Shown: piece after piece, positions 46,156-56,946 of the stretch
Layout: the number at the start of each line of letters is the position of its first letter
Numbering within the stretch: position 1 is the stretch's first letter
Assembly (NCBI GenBank): GCA_963752595.1
Contig: CAVVYZ010000005.1
Location: 160,001-224,000, forward strand
Length of the DNA: 64,000 nucleotides
From: an uncultured delta proteobacterium
Lineage (GTDB): Bacteria; Desulfobacterota; Desulfomonilia; UBA1062
Direction of reading: 5' to 3'
Notes under the pieces: model-generated
What the model was told of the DNA's origin: nothing
Database searches by the model: none
The model's input: the letters and a program-made list of their open reading frames with translations, nothing else
Position numbers and translations under genes: made by a program

Positions 46156-47534
46156 GTCCTGTTGTCCATATCGTCATGTTCGGATGGATCCCGGTCGTCA
46201 TCGGGCTCTTCTTCAAACTGAAGCCCAGGCATGCCGTCATTGCATCTTTCCTTATTGCATGGCTCTTCCTGCCGAATGCCGAGTATCCCCTTCCCGGATT
46301 TCCGAACTACACCAAGATGTCTGCTACCTGCTGGGGAGTCCTCATCGCTGCAGCAGTGTTCGATATGGAAAGCCTCGCGCGCTTCAGGCTCCGCACCCTT
46401 GATATCCCCATGATCATCTGGTGCCTGTGCCCCATCGCATCCTCCCTGTCCAACGGCTACGGCATCTACGACGGCATATCCGTCTTTCTCAGACAGACCG
46501 TTACTTGGGGTTTCCCGTATTTCATCGGCAGGGTATATTTCAGCTCACTCGTTGGGCTGAAAGAGCTTGCGATCGGCATCTTCATCGGCGGCATGATCTA
46601 TATCCCCCTATGCTTATACGAAAGCCGGTTCAGCCCGCAGCTGCATTACAAGGTGTACGGATTCTACCAGCACACCTTTAACCAGACATACCGGTGGGGC
46701 GGCTGGCGGCCCATGGTTTTCATGACCCACGGCCTCATGCTGGGCGTCTGGATGATGAGCGCCACATTGGTCGCCTTCTGGCTGTGGAGCACCGGGGTAC
46801 TGAAAAGTTTCAAAGGAATCGCCATGAAATGGCTGGTCCTGCTCATGGTATTCACCACGATCTGGTGCAGGTCTACTGCCGCCATAGCCCATCTTTTCAC
46901 AGGCATGGCGATACTTTACATGTCGCAGAAGTACCGGAAACCCCTGTTCCTGATCCTTCTCGTAGCCATCCCGCTCTTCTATCTTCCCACGCGGTCCACG
47001 GGCATCTGGACAGGGAAAGACCTCGTCTCTTTCATCTCGGAGAATATCAGCGTGGACAGGGCCGAGTCGCTACGGTTCCGGATGGTCAATGAAAACATCC
47101 TGGCGGAAAAGGCCATAAAGAGGCCGCTGTTCGGCTGGGCGACATGGGGAAAGGCGCGTGTCTACGATGATGACGGCAATGACGTCTCCGTAACGGACGG
47201 CCTCTGGATCATCACCTTCGGTAATCATGGGCTGGTGGGTCTCCTGTCCATGACATTGAGCATTCTCATGCCCGTATTTTACCTGCTGCGCCATTACCCG
47301 GCACGCATTTGGGACGATCCCCGGGTGGCGCCTGCAGCGGTATTGTCCGTGCTCCTTGCTCTGTACATGGTGGACAATCTGCTCAACGCCATGATCAACC
47401 CCATCTTTCTGATATTGGCAGGGGGGATCTCCGGGCTGCCCCCGCTGGCGGTCGCGCTCAGAGAGACTTCACCTGAGCTTGAGGAAGAGAATCTCTCATC
47501 TTTAAAGCCTGCTTACGCACCGAGGTTTCTCTAA
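46152..47534 (+). CDS. O-antigen ligase/Wzy-like polysaccharide polymerase
   Basis: About 11-12 TM segments, periplasmic R..WRP..F, S..FR..E.....RP.FGW, D.LW motifs; located in an EPS cluster. Confidence 0.75.
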   Translation: MSPVVHIVMFGWIPVVIGLFFKLKPRHAVIASFLIAWLFLPNAEYPLPGFPNYTKMSATCWGVLIAAAVFDMESLARFRLRTLDIPMIIWCLCPIASSLSNGYGIYDGISVFLRQTVTWGFPYFIGRVYFSSLVGLKELAIGIFIGGMIYIPLCLYESRFSPQLHYKVYGFYQHTFNQTYRWGGWRPMVFMTHGLMLGVWMMSATLVAFWLWSTGVLKSFKGIAMKWLVLLMVFTTIWCRSTAAIAHLFTGMAILYMSQKYRKPLFLILLVAIPLFYLPTRSTGIWTGKDLVSFISENISVDRAESLRFRMVNENILAEKAIKRPLFGWATWGKARVYDDDGNDVSVTDGLWIITFGNHGLVGLLSMTLSILMPVFYLLRHYPARIWDDPRVAPAAVLSVLLALYMVDNLLNAMINPIFLILAGGISGLPPLAVALRETSPELEEENLSSLKPAYAPRFL

Positions 47535-47574
47535 AGAGCCCTTAGGCCCGATGCATGAAAAGATTGAAGGCATA

Positions 47575-49197
47575 TCACTTGAATAAAGGTTCTTTCGTAC
47601 TTCCTGCTTTCGGATATGAGATGCCCAGCTCATCGAGAAACACCCTGAACTTTAACGCCTCGGTGGTGGGCTGGTCCAGGTATTCGAGATGCCCCCAGGA
47701 GCCGGATTTCGTATCCTGTGCCGACACGAATGCAAAGGCCATGAAGAGGGTAAGGTTCATCTCCCTGCAGGAGGCAATGAATTCACGGTATGTCGAGTAC
47801 AATTCCGGCGATTCCTGGGCGTCCCAGAGCGCCTGCAGGTATGGCGGCGAAGAGCCCAACGGGAAAGGACAGATAGATTGGCCGGCCTCATAGGTAACGT
47901 AGCGGATACCATATCCAGACGCGATCTTTGCATGTTTTTCCATTGCGGGGAGTTCGTGAGCCCGCATGTTTTCGTATACGCTCCGCATGACGTCATGTGC
48001 CGTCGCCCGGGGGCCGAGGGTCTGAAGGGCCTTGTACCCTTCCGCGCCCAGGCCGAAATAGCCGCTGGATGCAAGGGCGTCGAGACCTCCCCGACCGAGG
48101 TATTCAATGATGTCTTCAGCAATACCGGGCCTTACCTGCTGACCACTGACGACCCTGATGATGCGGCCCTTTTGGTCGCCGAATTCTTCCTGCCAGATGC
48201 CGAAGGCCTGCCGGGCAAAAGACGCATATTTCCTTGCGTGGGACAGTGCCGGGTCACCGTGGGCTTCCACCCAGCGATACTGGCCGAACATGGCATTCCA
48301 CACCTCGTTGGAATACTCGATATACATCTTCCGTTCATGCCTGAGAGAGCCCTTCACCAGCCCGGCGAATCCGCGGATATAGTCGGGATCGGCCTGATGG
48401 GGGATGCAGAACCAGGGATCGGCATCGATCCGGTTGCAGAGATCTACCAGGTATTCTATTGCAACGCCGGCCCGGTCGGCCTGGGTGTACGAGGAAGGCT
48501 TCGTTCTCTGTGCCCACTGCTGCACGCCCGAATCATTGGTCCGCTGCCAGTCCATGAAACGGATGACCTTAAAAGGCTTCAGTCGTTCGAGGAATATGGG
48601 ATTGAAGGGCTGCAGCTCATAGGAATTCTCGAATCCGGGCATGATCACACGGATATTCCTGATGTGGTCATTCTTTTCGGAGCGCACGATCTTCATGAAG
48701 ATGCCCGCGTGAGAGGGCGTGACATCGAGCTCGATCCTGCCCGGCGAGCTAGTCGCCACTTTTGCATCGAAAAAGAACCTGATATCTCCTTGTCCTTCAT
48801 ACAGGCAGACATATCGCCCTTTCGGATACCGGCCTTCGATGGCCCTGCACATCAGCGTTGCCGTGATCTGGGGGGCTTCCATCCCTGGGATTTCCACCGG
48901 AAGGGAGAGCGGATATCCGTCCGCATCCAGAGGGATTGAATGGATCTTTTCGGTATCCCACGGGTTTCTGCCGCCGGGCACATTCCGATCATTCTGCGTC
49001 ACCCAGGGCATGGAGCTCTTCATTACATCGACAAAGGGCAGTTCCCGGGTATAGTAGGTCACCGATGACAGGTTCATCCCGATCGAAAACGCAGCGGGCT
49101 CAGGGCTTGAGACTTTCTGGGCAGGACTGTCGGAAAAGAACACATATCCCAAGATGAACACTGCACTTACTGCGACAGCGAATATCACTTTCTTCAT
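47575..49197 (-). CDS. Exported putative glycoside hydrolase (often annotated 'cellulose-binding protein')
   Basis: N-terminal signal/TM; GMNL..V.YY, IRFMDW, PWFCIPH, YIEYSNEVWN, YEAGQ, WG.LE motifs; GGAGAG RBS. Confidence 0.65.
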   Translation of the reverse strand: MKKVIFAVAVSAVFILGYVFFSDSPAQKVSSPEPAAFSIGMNLSSVTYYTRELPFVDVMKSSMPWVTQNDRNVPGGRNPWDTEKIHSIPLDADGYPLSLPVEIPGMEAPQITATLMCRAIEGRYPKGRYVCLYEGQGDIRFFFDAKVATSSPGRIELDVTPSHAGIFMKIVRSEKNDHIRNIRVIMPGFENSYELQPFNPIFLERLKPFKVIRFMDWQRTNDSGVQQWAQRTKPSSYTQADRAGVAIEYLVDLCNRIDADPWFCIPHQADPDYIRGFAGLVKGSLRHERKMYIEYSNEVWNAMFGQYRWVEAHGDPALSHARKYASFARQAFGIWQEEFGDQKGRIIRVVSGQQVRPGIAEDIIEYLGRGGLDALASSGYFGLGAEGYKALQTLGPRATAHDVMRSVYENMRAHELPAMEKHAKIASGYGIRYVTYEAGQSICPFPLGSSPPYLQALWDAQESPELYSTYREFIASCREMNLTLFMAFAFVSAQDTKSGSWGHLEYLDQPTTEALKFRVFLDELGISYPKAGSTKEPLFK

Positions 49198-49308
49198 CCG
49201 GCTCTCCATCACCGGCGCTTATCGCCTCTCCATCAGCAGGCGTAAGACCGACCCGGAGAAAGTATACGTGAAAGCATCCTTCCTCACAAGGCATATCATG
49301 AGCGGATC

Positions 49309-50814
49309 ATGGTAAGAAAGGCATCAGTTGTGGAAAAATTATATCGCCTGGCAAGCCTGATACTCAAGCCCCAATCCCATTCGCTGAAGCTCCAGAGTAT
49401 CCGTGCAGCCGTATGGAGCCTCCTGGAGAAAGGGAGCAGCCATGCCTTAAGGATGCTGGGAAGCCTCATCCTCACGAGGATACTCTTCCCCGAGGCGTTC
49501 GGCATCATGGCGGCAGCCCAGACCGTCATACTCATGATCCAGCTCTTTACGGACACCGGGGTTAAAACAGCGATCATTCAGAACCCCAAAGGGGCGGACA
49601 GGGATTTTCTCGATGCGGTATTCCTCATCAGCACCGGCCGCGGATTGCTCTTAAGCCTTATCGTTGCAGGGATCGCCTGGCCCATGGCCCTCTACTACCA
49701 GCAGCCGCAGATCACCGGAATACTCATCATCCTGGCCATCAATCCCTTTATCCTGGGTTTTGAAAACCCTAGCCTTACGCTTCTGATCAAGCAGTTCCGC
49801 GTGGAGAAAAAGGTGGCCCTCGAGATCGGGTCCCAGGCGCTCGGGCTTATGACTTCGATTATCCTCGCATACATCTACCGGTCCGTTTACGCACTGGCAA
49901 TCGGCAGCGTGTTTTCATCCCTCTACCGGGTGGCCGGATCTTTCCTGGTCAGCCCGTACTCGCCCCGTTTCAGATGGAACAGGGAAATCGTGACCGAGAT
50001 ATTCCATTTCGGGAAATTCATCATGCTCAACACCATGATCAGCTTCACTGCCATGAATGCCGACGTTCTCATTACCGGCAAGGTGCTCAACATGGAAAAC
50101 CTCGGGGTATACAATATCGGGCGCACCATGGGCCTGCTCATCTGGATGGTCTGTCTCCAGATCTTCCTCCAGTCGTACCTGCCTGCAGTCAGCAGCGTAT
50201 TGAACGATATCCCCAGGATCGTGAAGATGTACCGGGATACAACCTCGTTCATCCTTGCGCTTACCATCCCGGTTTCCATGATCTTTGCCCTTTTCTCCCA
50301 GGATATCATCCGGCTCCTCTATGACCCGAGATATCTGGAAGCATCCGTATCCATGTTCTGGTTCAGCATCAGCGGCATCCTGCTCGTCCTGAACGCAGTA
50401 AACAGCAGCACCTTTATCGCCCTTGGGAGACTCAAGTATGAAACCATTTCCACGGGAATCTGCCTTGTATGTGTCTTCCTGCTCATTCCATTCGGCGCGA
50501 GAAATTATGGTTTGGCAGGGGCTGCAGTCGGGATGCTCGTCGCTATATCTATCATGGTGGTCGCACAGACGTTCTTCCTTTCATCAGGTGTGGGCTTTCC
50601 GGTTTCGAAGGTCATGCGACCCTGGTATCAGATGATCGCCGTATCCGGGTCGATAAGCTGCATGTATTATGCCTTAAGGCCGTTCCTTTCGAGCGAGGCT
50701 CTCTACAATATCCCCTTCCTCGCAGTCATGAGCACGATAGCCCTGGCTGCCTCGATGTGCCTCTATTTCCTGTGGAATGAAGCCCGGCAAGCCGGAGAGC
50801 AGCCCGTGGGCTGA
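49309..50814 (+). CDS. Wzx-like oligosaccharide flippase
   Basis: ILTRIL.PE.FG, D.G...AIIQ, about 12-14 TMs, LG.Y..G, LY..RY. Confidence 0.9.
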   Translation: MVRKASVVEKLYRLASLILKPQSHSLKLQSIRAAVWSLLEKGSSHALRMLGSLILTRILFPEAFGIMAAAQTVILMIQLFTDTGVKTAIIQNPKGADRDFLDAVFLISTGRGLLLSLIVAGIAWPMALYYQQPQITGILIILAINPFILGFENPSLTLLIKQFRVEKKVALEIGSQALGLMTSIILAYIYRSVYALAIGSVFSSLYRVAGSFLVSPYSPRFRWNREIVTEIFHFGKFIMLNTMISFTAMNADVLITGKVLNMENLGVYNIGRTMGLLIWMVCLQIFLQSYLPAVSSVLNDIPRIVKMYRDTTSFILALTIPVSMIFALFSQDIIRLLYDPRYLEASVSMFWFSISGILLVLNAVNSSTFIALGRLKYETISTGICLVCVFLLIPFGARNYGLAGAAVGMLVAISIMVVAQTFFLSSGVGFPVSKVMRPWYQMIAVSGSISCMYYALRPFLSSEALYNIPFLAVMSTIALAASMCLYFLWNEARQAGEQPVG

Positions 50815-50827
50815 AGGACAATATCGC

Positions 50828-51352
50828 ATGTTCCAGAACTTGAATGACGACTACCGGATGTATCCGAACCTGATGAACCCGGTCCTGTGGGTATTGGCTG
50901 TCTACAGGTACGGAAGATGGGTAGAGACGGTCAAACCCGACAGCGTACGCAAGATTCTCGATAAAACGTACTGGATCCTGCAAAACATGGTTTCCACCAT
51001 CACAACGGTCTATCTCCCGAGAAACGTGACCTTCGGCAAGAACTTCCATATCATACACCCGATCTCGATTGTCATTCACCCCAAGACAATATTCGGCGAC
51101 AACGTGGGCATCATGCACGAAGTGACCCTCGGCTCCCGCGGGACGTATGCAGCGCCGGTCATCGGGAATGACGTCTTCATCGGTGCAGGGGCAAAGATCC
51201 TCGGAGAGATCACCATCGGCGACAATGTCGACATCGGTGCGAATTCGGTAGTTCTGCATGATGTGCCTGCCAATTCCCTTGCCGTGGGCGTTCCGGCGAG
51301 GATCATAAGAAATCATGCAAGAAAAAAATGGGCGTATGAACCCGGGAAGTAA
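50828..51352 (+). CDS. Serine O-acetyltransferase-like hexapeptide acetyltransferase
   Basis: H..IVIH...GDNV.I.HEVTLG..P.IG.DV.IGAGAKILG...IGANSVV..VGVPAR. Confidence 0.85.
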   Translation: MFQNLNDDYRMYPNLMNPVLWVLAVYRYGRWVETVKPDSVRKILDKTYWILQNMVSTITTVYLPRNVTFGKNFHIIHPISIVIHPKTIFGDNVGIMHEVTLGSRGTYAAPVIGNDVFIGAGAKILGEITIGDNVDIGANSVVLHDVPANSLAVGVPARIIRNHARKKWAYEPGK

Positions 51353-51449
51353 TTCCATGCACCGGCTGAACGGGAAAACGGTTCATCTGCCCATGGCAAA
51401 AGAATCGAACCTCAAAGAATAGCACGCTGCCCGATCCAGGACATCTCCC

Positions 51450-52037
51450 ATGAAAAGAGCCGTGATCAGGATAATGATTCTCACAATATCAATCGTGATA
51501 AGAGCCTTTTCCCCCCTCATATCCCTCCTCTTGAACCGCATCTATTATCCGGCATGGCTGAAGGCGGAGATAGGCGTTCTTGACCCTTCCATACAGTGCG
51601 ATGGCCGGGTGCACGTTACCGGGACAAAGAATGTACGGATCGGCCTGGGGTGCAGGATCGGCAGGAACACGGAATTCGAGACCACCGAGGCCGGCAATAT
51701 CCGGCTCGGCAATGATATACGGATAAACAGGGGATGCACGCTCGTATCGTATTCCGGGATAACCATCGATGATCACGCCATCATAGGAGAGTACGTATCC
51801 ATCAGGGATGCAAACCACGGCATGAACCCGGATGAGCCCATGCGCTACCAGAAGCACACCGCCTCCCCCATAACCATCGGCAAAGATGTCTGGATCGGCC
51901 GCGGGAGCTGCATCTTGCCCGGCGTGACCATCGGGGAAGGCTCGGTAATCGGGGCAAACAGCGTGGTGAATATCGATATCCCGCCGTATTCCATCGCGGC
52001 CGGGATACCGGCAAAGGTCATAAGGAAACGGCAGTAG
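51450..52037 (+). CDS. Hexapeptide (LbH) O-acyltransferase
   Basis: I.D.NH, PITIG.DVWIG....ILPGVTIG.GSVIGANSVV..AAGIPAKVI. Confidence 0.9.
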   Translation: MKRAVIRIMILTISIVIRAFSPLISLLLNRIYYPAWLKAEIGVLDPSIQCDGRVHVTGTKNVRIGLGCRIGRNTEFETTEAGNIRLGNDIRINRGCTLVSYSGITIDDHAIIGEYVSIRDANHGMNPDEPMRYQKHTASPITIGKDVWIGRGSCILPGVTIGEGSVIGANSVVNIDIPPYSIAAGIPAKVIRKRQ

Positions 52038-52062
52038 GAATATCCGTTACGGAAATCCCGGT

Positions 52063-53295
52063 ATGAACAATAACATGACCATAGCCTACCTGGCTCCTGA
52101 GATACCTGCCCTATCCGCGACCTTTGTCTATAATGAAATCCTCGAGGTGGAAAAACACGGGATAACGGTCGTCCCCATATCGGTGCATGTCCCCGGCGCA
52201 AAGGCACTTGAAGGTCCGGCTCAGGAGCTCGCAGAAAGGACCTGCTATCTCTACAGGCACTCGCTCCATGACTTCCTCCGGGATGCCCTGATCATGTCTT
52301 TTACCAAACCGCAGAGATTTGTCAAAGCTCTCCTGTACGCAGGAAGAGATGCCCTGCATGTCGGCCCTGTCAGCCGCACCGCAGCAGGCATTCTCTACCG
52401 ATTCTTCGCAGCTTCGACCGTTGCCCGCATCCTCATCAGGCAGAACTGTACACACATCCATGCCCATTTCGCACACATCCCTGCCGATATCGTCATGTAT
52501 GCCTCGCTGATGACGGGCGTGCCCTACAGCTTTACGGCCCATGCAAACGATATCTTCGTGCGGGGATGGCTCCTTGATGAAAAGGTGAGGCGATCGAAGT
52601 TTGCCGTTGCGATCTCTGGATTCAACCGTGATTTTCTCGCCGCGCAGGGCGCACCCCGGGATAAGATCCAGGTGATCCACTGCGGCGTGGACTCCGGGTC
52701 TTTCACCCGCAGGGAAACAACAAGTATCCGCTATCCTGTAAAGCTCGGATCACTGGGAAGGATGGTGGAGAAAAAAGGTTTCAATGTTCTCATCGACGCC
52801 TGCAGGATCCTCAAAAGTTCAGGGGTTTCTTTTGCCGTAGAGATCGCAGGAGACGGACCTTTGAAGCAGGAGCTCCTCATGCAGGCATCTTTATCTGGAT
52901 TGTCCGGCGAGATCAAATTCATAGGTTCGCTAGGGCATGACAAAGTGCCGGGCTGGCTAAAGGAGCTGGACCTCTTCGTGCTTCCTTGCAAAGAAGACCA
53001 TGATGGGGACATGGACGGGATCCCGGTAGTGCTCATGGAGGCTATGCTCTCGGGCGTCCCCGTTGTCTCAACCAGGCTCACGGGGATTCCGGAACTCATC
53101 GAAGACCGCGTGACCGGCTATCTCGCTGACCCCGGAGACCCCCGCAGCCTCGCATCAGCCATAAAAGAAGCCATACGGGACCCTCAGGTTCCCGGAAACA
53201 TTATTCGGGAGGCGATCGATAAGGTGCACGATCATTTCGACCTCTCGAAAAATGCAAGCAATCTTGAGGATCTTTTCAGGAGACCGCTGCCATGA
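52063..53295 (+). CDS. Glycosyltransferase family 4 (WcaL-like)
   Basis: TFV.NEI, HIHAHF, SFTAHA.DI, GRMVEKKG, DGIPVVLMEAM. Confidence 0.92.
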   Translation: MNNNMTIAYLAPEIPALSATFVYNEILEVEKHGITVVPISVHVPGAKALEGPAQELAERTCYLYRHSLHDFLRDALIMSFTKPQRFVKALLYAGRDALHVGPVSRTAAGILYRFFAASTVARILIRQNCTHIHAHFAHIPADIVMYASLMTGVPYSFTAHANDIFVRGWLLDEKVRRSKFAVAISGFNRDFLAAQGAPRDKIQVIHCGVDSGSFTRRETTSIRYPVKLGSLGRMVEKKGFNVLIDACRILKSSGVSFAVEIAGDGPLKQELLMQASLSGLSGEIKFIGSLGHDKVPGWLKELDLFVLPCKEDHDGDMDGIPVVLMEAMLSGVPVVSTRLTGIPELIEDRVTGYLADPGDPRSLASAIKEAIRDPQVPGNIIREAIDKVHDHFDLSKNASNLEDLFRRPLP

Positions 53296-54191
53296 ATTCA
53301 AGGATGCCATGTTACATCATCATCTCTCCGGTCCGGAACGAGGAAAAGTATCTTCCGGACACCATCCGCAGCATCGCGGACCAGACCGTCCAGCCTGCGG
53401 AATATATCCTCGTGGATGACGGCTCCACGGACAGCACACTCGAGATCATCAGGGAAGCAGCCGCAAAATACCCCTGGATTCACTCGATCAGGAGGCAGGA
53501 CCGCGGGGAGAGGAAGGTCGGACCCGGTGTCGTCGAAGCCTTTTACGACGGCTATCACGCCATCGAGACCGGGGAATACGATTTTATCTGCAAGATGGAC
53601 GGCGACCTCACGGTGAGCCCGCGATATTTTGAGACCCTGTTTGAGAAATTCGCTGAAGACCCGTTCCTGGGTGCGGCAAGCGGCAAGCTTTTTCTGGACC
53701 TGAGCGACGGAAAGCTCGTCGAGGAGCGCATCACGGACGAAAGCGTGCTCGGCGGCGTGCTCTGTCTGAAGAAGAAATGCTTCGACGCCATCGGCGGTTT
53801 CGTGTGCCAGGTCATGTGGGACGGCATCACCTTCCACCGGTGCCGCATGGAGGGATTCCGGACGCACAGTTTCCGGGACGGCGATCTGAAGATTTTCGAC
53901 CACCGCATCATGGGCTCTTCGCAGAAGAGCATCTTCCACGGCCGCACCAGATGGGGATGGGGGCAGTACTTCATGGGCACCCACCCCTTGTACATCATGG
54001 CAGTCGGAGCCTACCGGATGATCGAGCGTCCGTTTGTCATCGGAGGCATCCTCATCCTCTGGGGATACCTCAAAGGATGGCTTACGAGAACACCCCGGTA
54101 TGACTTCCCCGGGTTCAGGAAATCGCTCCAGGCATGGCAGATGGAACGGCTTAAGTTGGGAAAGAGGATCGAGGTTATCCCGCCTGCTTGA
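53292..54191 (+). CDS. Glycosyltransferase family 2
   Basis: ISPVRNEE, VDDGSTD, KMDGD (DxD), WD. Confidence 0.92.
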   Translation: MNSRMPCYIIISPVRNEEKYLPDTIRSIADQTVQPAEYILVDDGSTDSTLEIIREAAAKYPWIHSIRRQDRGERKVGPGVVEAFYDGYHAIETGEYDFICKMDGDLTVSPRYFETLFEKFAEDPFLGAASGKLFLDLSDGKLVEERITDESVLGGVLCLKKKCFDAIGGFVCQVMWDGITFHRCRMEGFRTHSFRDGDLKIFDHRIMGSSQKSIFHGRTRWGWGQYFMGTHPLYIMAVGAYRMIERPFVIGGILILWGYLKGWLTRTPRYDFPGFRKSLQAWQMERLKLGKRIEVIPPA

Positions 54192-54229
54192 GAAGGCCCA
54201 AGCGGAATTATATGCAAGCATGCAAGAAA

Positions 54230-55204
54230 ATGACGGATCCCGTTGAATTCTCCATAATCATCGTATCCTTCAATACAAGGGAAACGACAAGGGAGAGCCT
54301 TTCGTATATCGTGCAGTACGCCCCGGATGCGTCCTTTGAGGTCATCCTCGTGGACAATGCATCGACCGACGGATCGGCGGACATGGCGGAGCATGATTTC
54401 CCCTGGGTAAGGCTCATCCGCCTCCAAAAAAACAAGGGATTTGCCGGCGGCAATAACGAGGGGATCAGGAAGGCATCGGGAAGGTATCTCCTGCTCCTGA
54501 ATTCGGACGCGTTCATCGGCGAAGGCGTGCTTTATTCCACCTTCGATTTCATGGAGAAGAATCCCTCCATCGGCGTGCTCGGCTGTTCACTCACCAACCC
54601 TGACGGCTCGCTCCAGGCTTCGGCCAGGATGCTCCCGTGCCTTTTGAACAAGTTCCTCGTCCTCTCGGGGCTCACTTCCCGTTTCCCGAAGTCACGTTTC
54701 TTCGGCCGGGTCGATTTTTCATGGTGGGATCACTCGTGCCCCCGCAAGGTTGGGTGGGTCGTGGGTGCGTATTTCCTGATCCGGAGAAAGGTCGTGGAGG
54801 ACGTGGGCCTGCTCGACGAGAGGTATTTCCTGTATTCCGAGGAGATAGACTTCTGCAGAACCGCTCAAAAGGCCGGCTGGGACGTGGTCTTCTACCCGTA
54901 TGCCCGGGTCGTGCATCTGGGGGGCCTGAGCGCTGCGTGCTCAGGCGAACAGGTATCGCCTCACGGCAGACAACTGACAGCCCAGCGCATCAAGAGCGAG
55001 TTCAGATACTACCGGAAGTGGCATGGCCCGGTCTGGGTCATGGCATCCGCTCTTATGGAGCTTTCCTGGCGGCTGATGATAGTGCTCAAGAACCTGCCTT
55101 CACGCTCGCAGAAGGCGCAATTCAAGAAAAGGGAGTCCCTCATGGTTTCCAGGCTCATCGTTGAAACACTTCTCACAGACAGATTCGGCAAGGGGATCGA
55201 CTGA
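54230..55204 (+). CDS. Glycosyltransferase family 2 (rhamnosyltransferase-like); start uncertain (54188-54230)
   Basis: SIIIVSFN, VDNAS.DGS, GFAGGNN, LLNSD, GAY, DERYFLY.EE.D. Confidence 0.92.
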   Translation: MTDPVEFSIIIVSFNTRETTRESLSYIVQYAPDASFEVILVDNASTDGSADMAEHDFPWVRLIRLQKNKGFAGGNNEGIRKASGRYLLLLNSDAFIGEGVLYSTFDFMEKNPSIGVLGCSLTNPDGSLQASARMLPCLLNKFLVLSGLTSRFPKSRFFGRVDFSWWDHSCPRKVGWVVGAYFLIRRKVVEDVGLLDERYFLYSEEIDFCRTAQKAGWDVVFYPYARVVHLGGLSAACSGEQVSPHGRQLTAQRIKSEFRYYRKWHGPVWVMASALMELSWRLMIVLKNLPSRSQKAQFKKRESLMVSRLIVETLLTDRFGKGID

Positions 55205-55785
55205 TGGGACCCGTAACGAGGCTGCGTCATCTCATCAACAGAGCTCATCTCATGCTCGACAAATCATTTTATGCCGAATACCTGAGGAGGCAGGGTGTAC
55301 AGATCGGTCAAAACTCATCCATCCTCTATCCGTCATACATCGACGGCCGACTGCCGTATCTCGTTGAGATCGGAAACAATGTGATCATATCCCTTAACGT
55401 GACGATCCTCACCCACGATGCAACGACCGCCTATGCCGGAGACCTCATCAAGGTGGGTAAGGTCATCATTCGTGACAGGAGCTTTATCGGTACGAAATCG
55501 ACCATCCTGTGCAATGTGACGATCGGTCCCAACTCGATCGTGGGCGCCGGCTCGGTGGTTACCCATGATGTCCCGCCCGACACCGTCTGTGCGGGAAATC
55601 CGGCCAGGGTCGTGGGCTCCATCGAGGATTTCAAGAAAAACCATGCAGCAAAGGGCACAGAACGGCCCCTCTTCCTTGCAGGGAACTACATGCATCCTTA
55701 TATACCTGGAAAGATGAGGGAAGGACTGCGCCGGGCCCTGGCCGAGGATTTCGGATATTTCTGCTCAAGGTTACCCCGCAAATGA
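55204..55785 (+). CDS. Hexapeptide (LbH) O-acyltransferase
   Basis: IGNNV.I...V.ILTHD, FIG..S.IL..V.IG.NSIVGAGSVV..AGNPARV. Confidence 0.88.
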   Translation: MGPVTRLRHLINRAHLMLDKSFYAEYLRRQGVQIGQNSSILYPSYIDGRLPYLVEIGNNVIISLNVTILTHDATTAYAGDLIKVGKVIIRDRSFIGTKSTILCNVTIGPNSIVGAGSVVTHDVPPDTVCAGNPARVVGSIEDFKKNHAAKGTERPLFLAGNYMHPYIPGKMREGLRRALAEDFGYFCSRLPRK

Positions 55786-55842
55786 CCTTACGTTGTGAGC
55801 CCGGGGCATAACAGGAATATTACTGATGAGGATGCGGTACCC

Positions 55843-56946
55843 ATGGAAAAGGATCTTCAACCCATAAGCGTCGTGATCATCGGGATCAATGTGGAGAAAT
55901 ACATCGGCGGATGTATTTCGTCGGTCCCCACGCCGATTATCCGAAAGCAAGCCTTGAGATCATCTACGTGGATGGCGGCTCGAACGATCGAAGCATTGAG
56001 ATCGCGATGGAATTTCCCGGGGTCCGGATCATCGAACTTCAGGACCCTCATCCCACCCCCGGCAAGGGCCGCAATGCAGGGATTGCCCAGGCAGACCATG
56101 GTATTGTCCAGTTCCTTGATGCCGATACTATCCTCCATCCCGGATGGCTCCGCACGGCACTCCCGTATCTGAACGGTACTGTGGCGGCGGTGGCAGGGCG
56201 GATACAGGAGAAATACCCGGGGAAGAATCTCTACCATGTTGATCGGAAACATGGATTGGGGCATTTCCGCCGGCAAACAGGGCCATATATTTACAGAAGG
56301 CCCGAGCGCCACCTTCGGCGGCATCGTGCTGGCACGAAAAGACGCGATCATAGGTGTGAATGGATATGACGAGAGCCTCATAGCAGGAGAAGACCCTGAT
56401 TTGAGCTACCGGGTAAGGAGGCAGGGGTGGACCATCTACCGGATCACTGCGGACATGGTCGTACATGACCTCAACATGAACTCGTTCCGGCACTACTGCA
56501 GGAGGGCCTTCCGGAGCGGTCACGCCTATGCGGAGATCGGGTTGAGGTACAGGAAGGGAAAAGAGAAGTTTTTTCTGAGGCAGCTCCTGAGGATCTGTCT
56601 CGGCGCTACGATTCCGGCAGCCGTCATATTCTTCGGAATCCTGATGAAACGATTGGGGTTTGCATTATTTCTTGCAACAGCGATTGCCTGCAGGCCTTTC
56701 CGCAAGATCAATCGTTTCATAGCGCCGCCGCTGGGTATGCGGGCTGCCATCCTCTACTGCGCACACTTATCGTTTGTTGTGTATCCTCAGTTTTTCGGCG
56801 CCATGAGGTATCTGGCAACCTGCTTCACCGGCATGCCTTTGCAGAATAAAGGCTATGTCCCGCATACCCATCCGGTTGACCGGGATGATACACAAAAAGC
56901 GGCCGCTGAATGTCCCTTGAGCGGAAGAACGATAAGAACAGCATGA
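55843..56946 (+). CDS. Glycosyltransferase family 2 with C-terminal TM helices (two apparent frameshifts near 55927 and 56235)
   Basis: SVVIIG.N (frame 1), YVDGGS.D..GRNAG..QFLDAD (frame 2), GG..GYDE.LIAGEDPDL..R..R.GHAYAE (frame 3). Confidence 0.85.

Noticed and set aside
47689-48939. 416-aa + strand ORF that would keep the EPS operon on one strand
   Set aside because: It is the antisense shadow of the - strand gene, which has a signal peptide, RBS and conserved-looking motifs; the + translation has no recognisable features.
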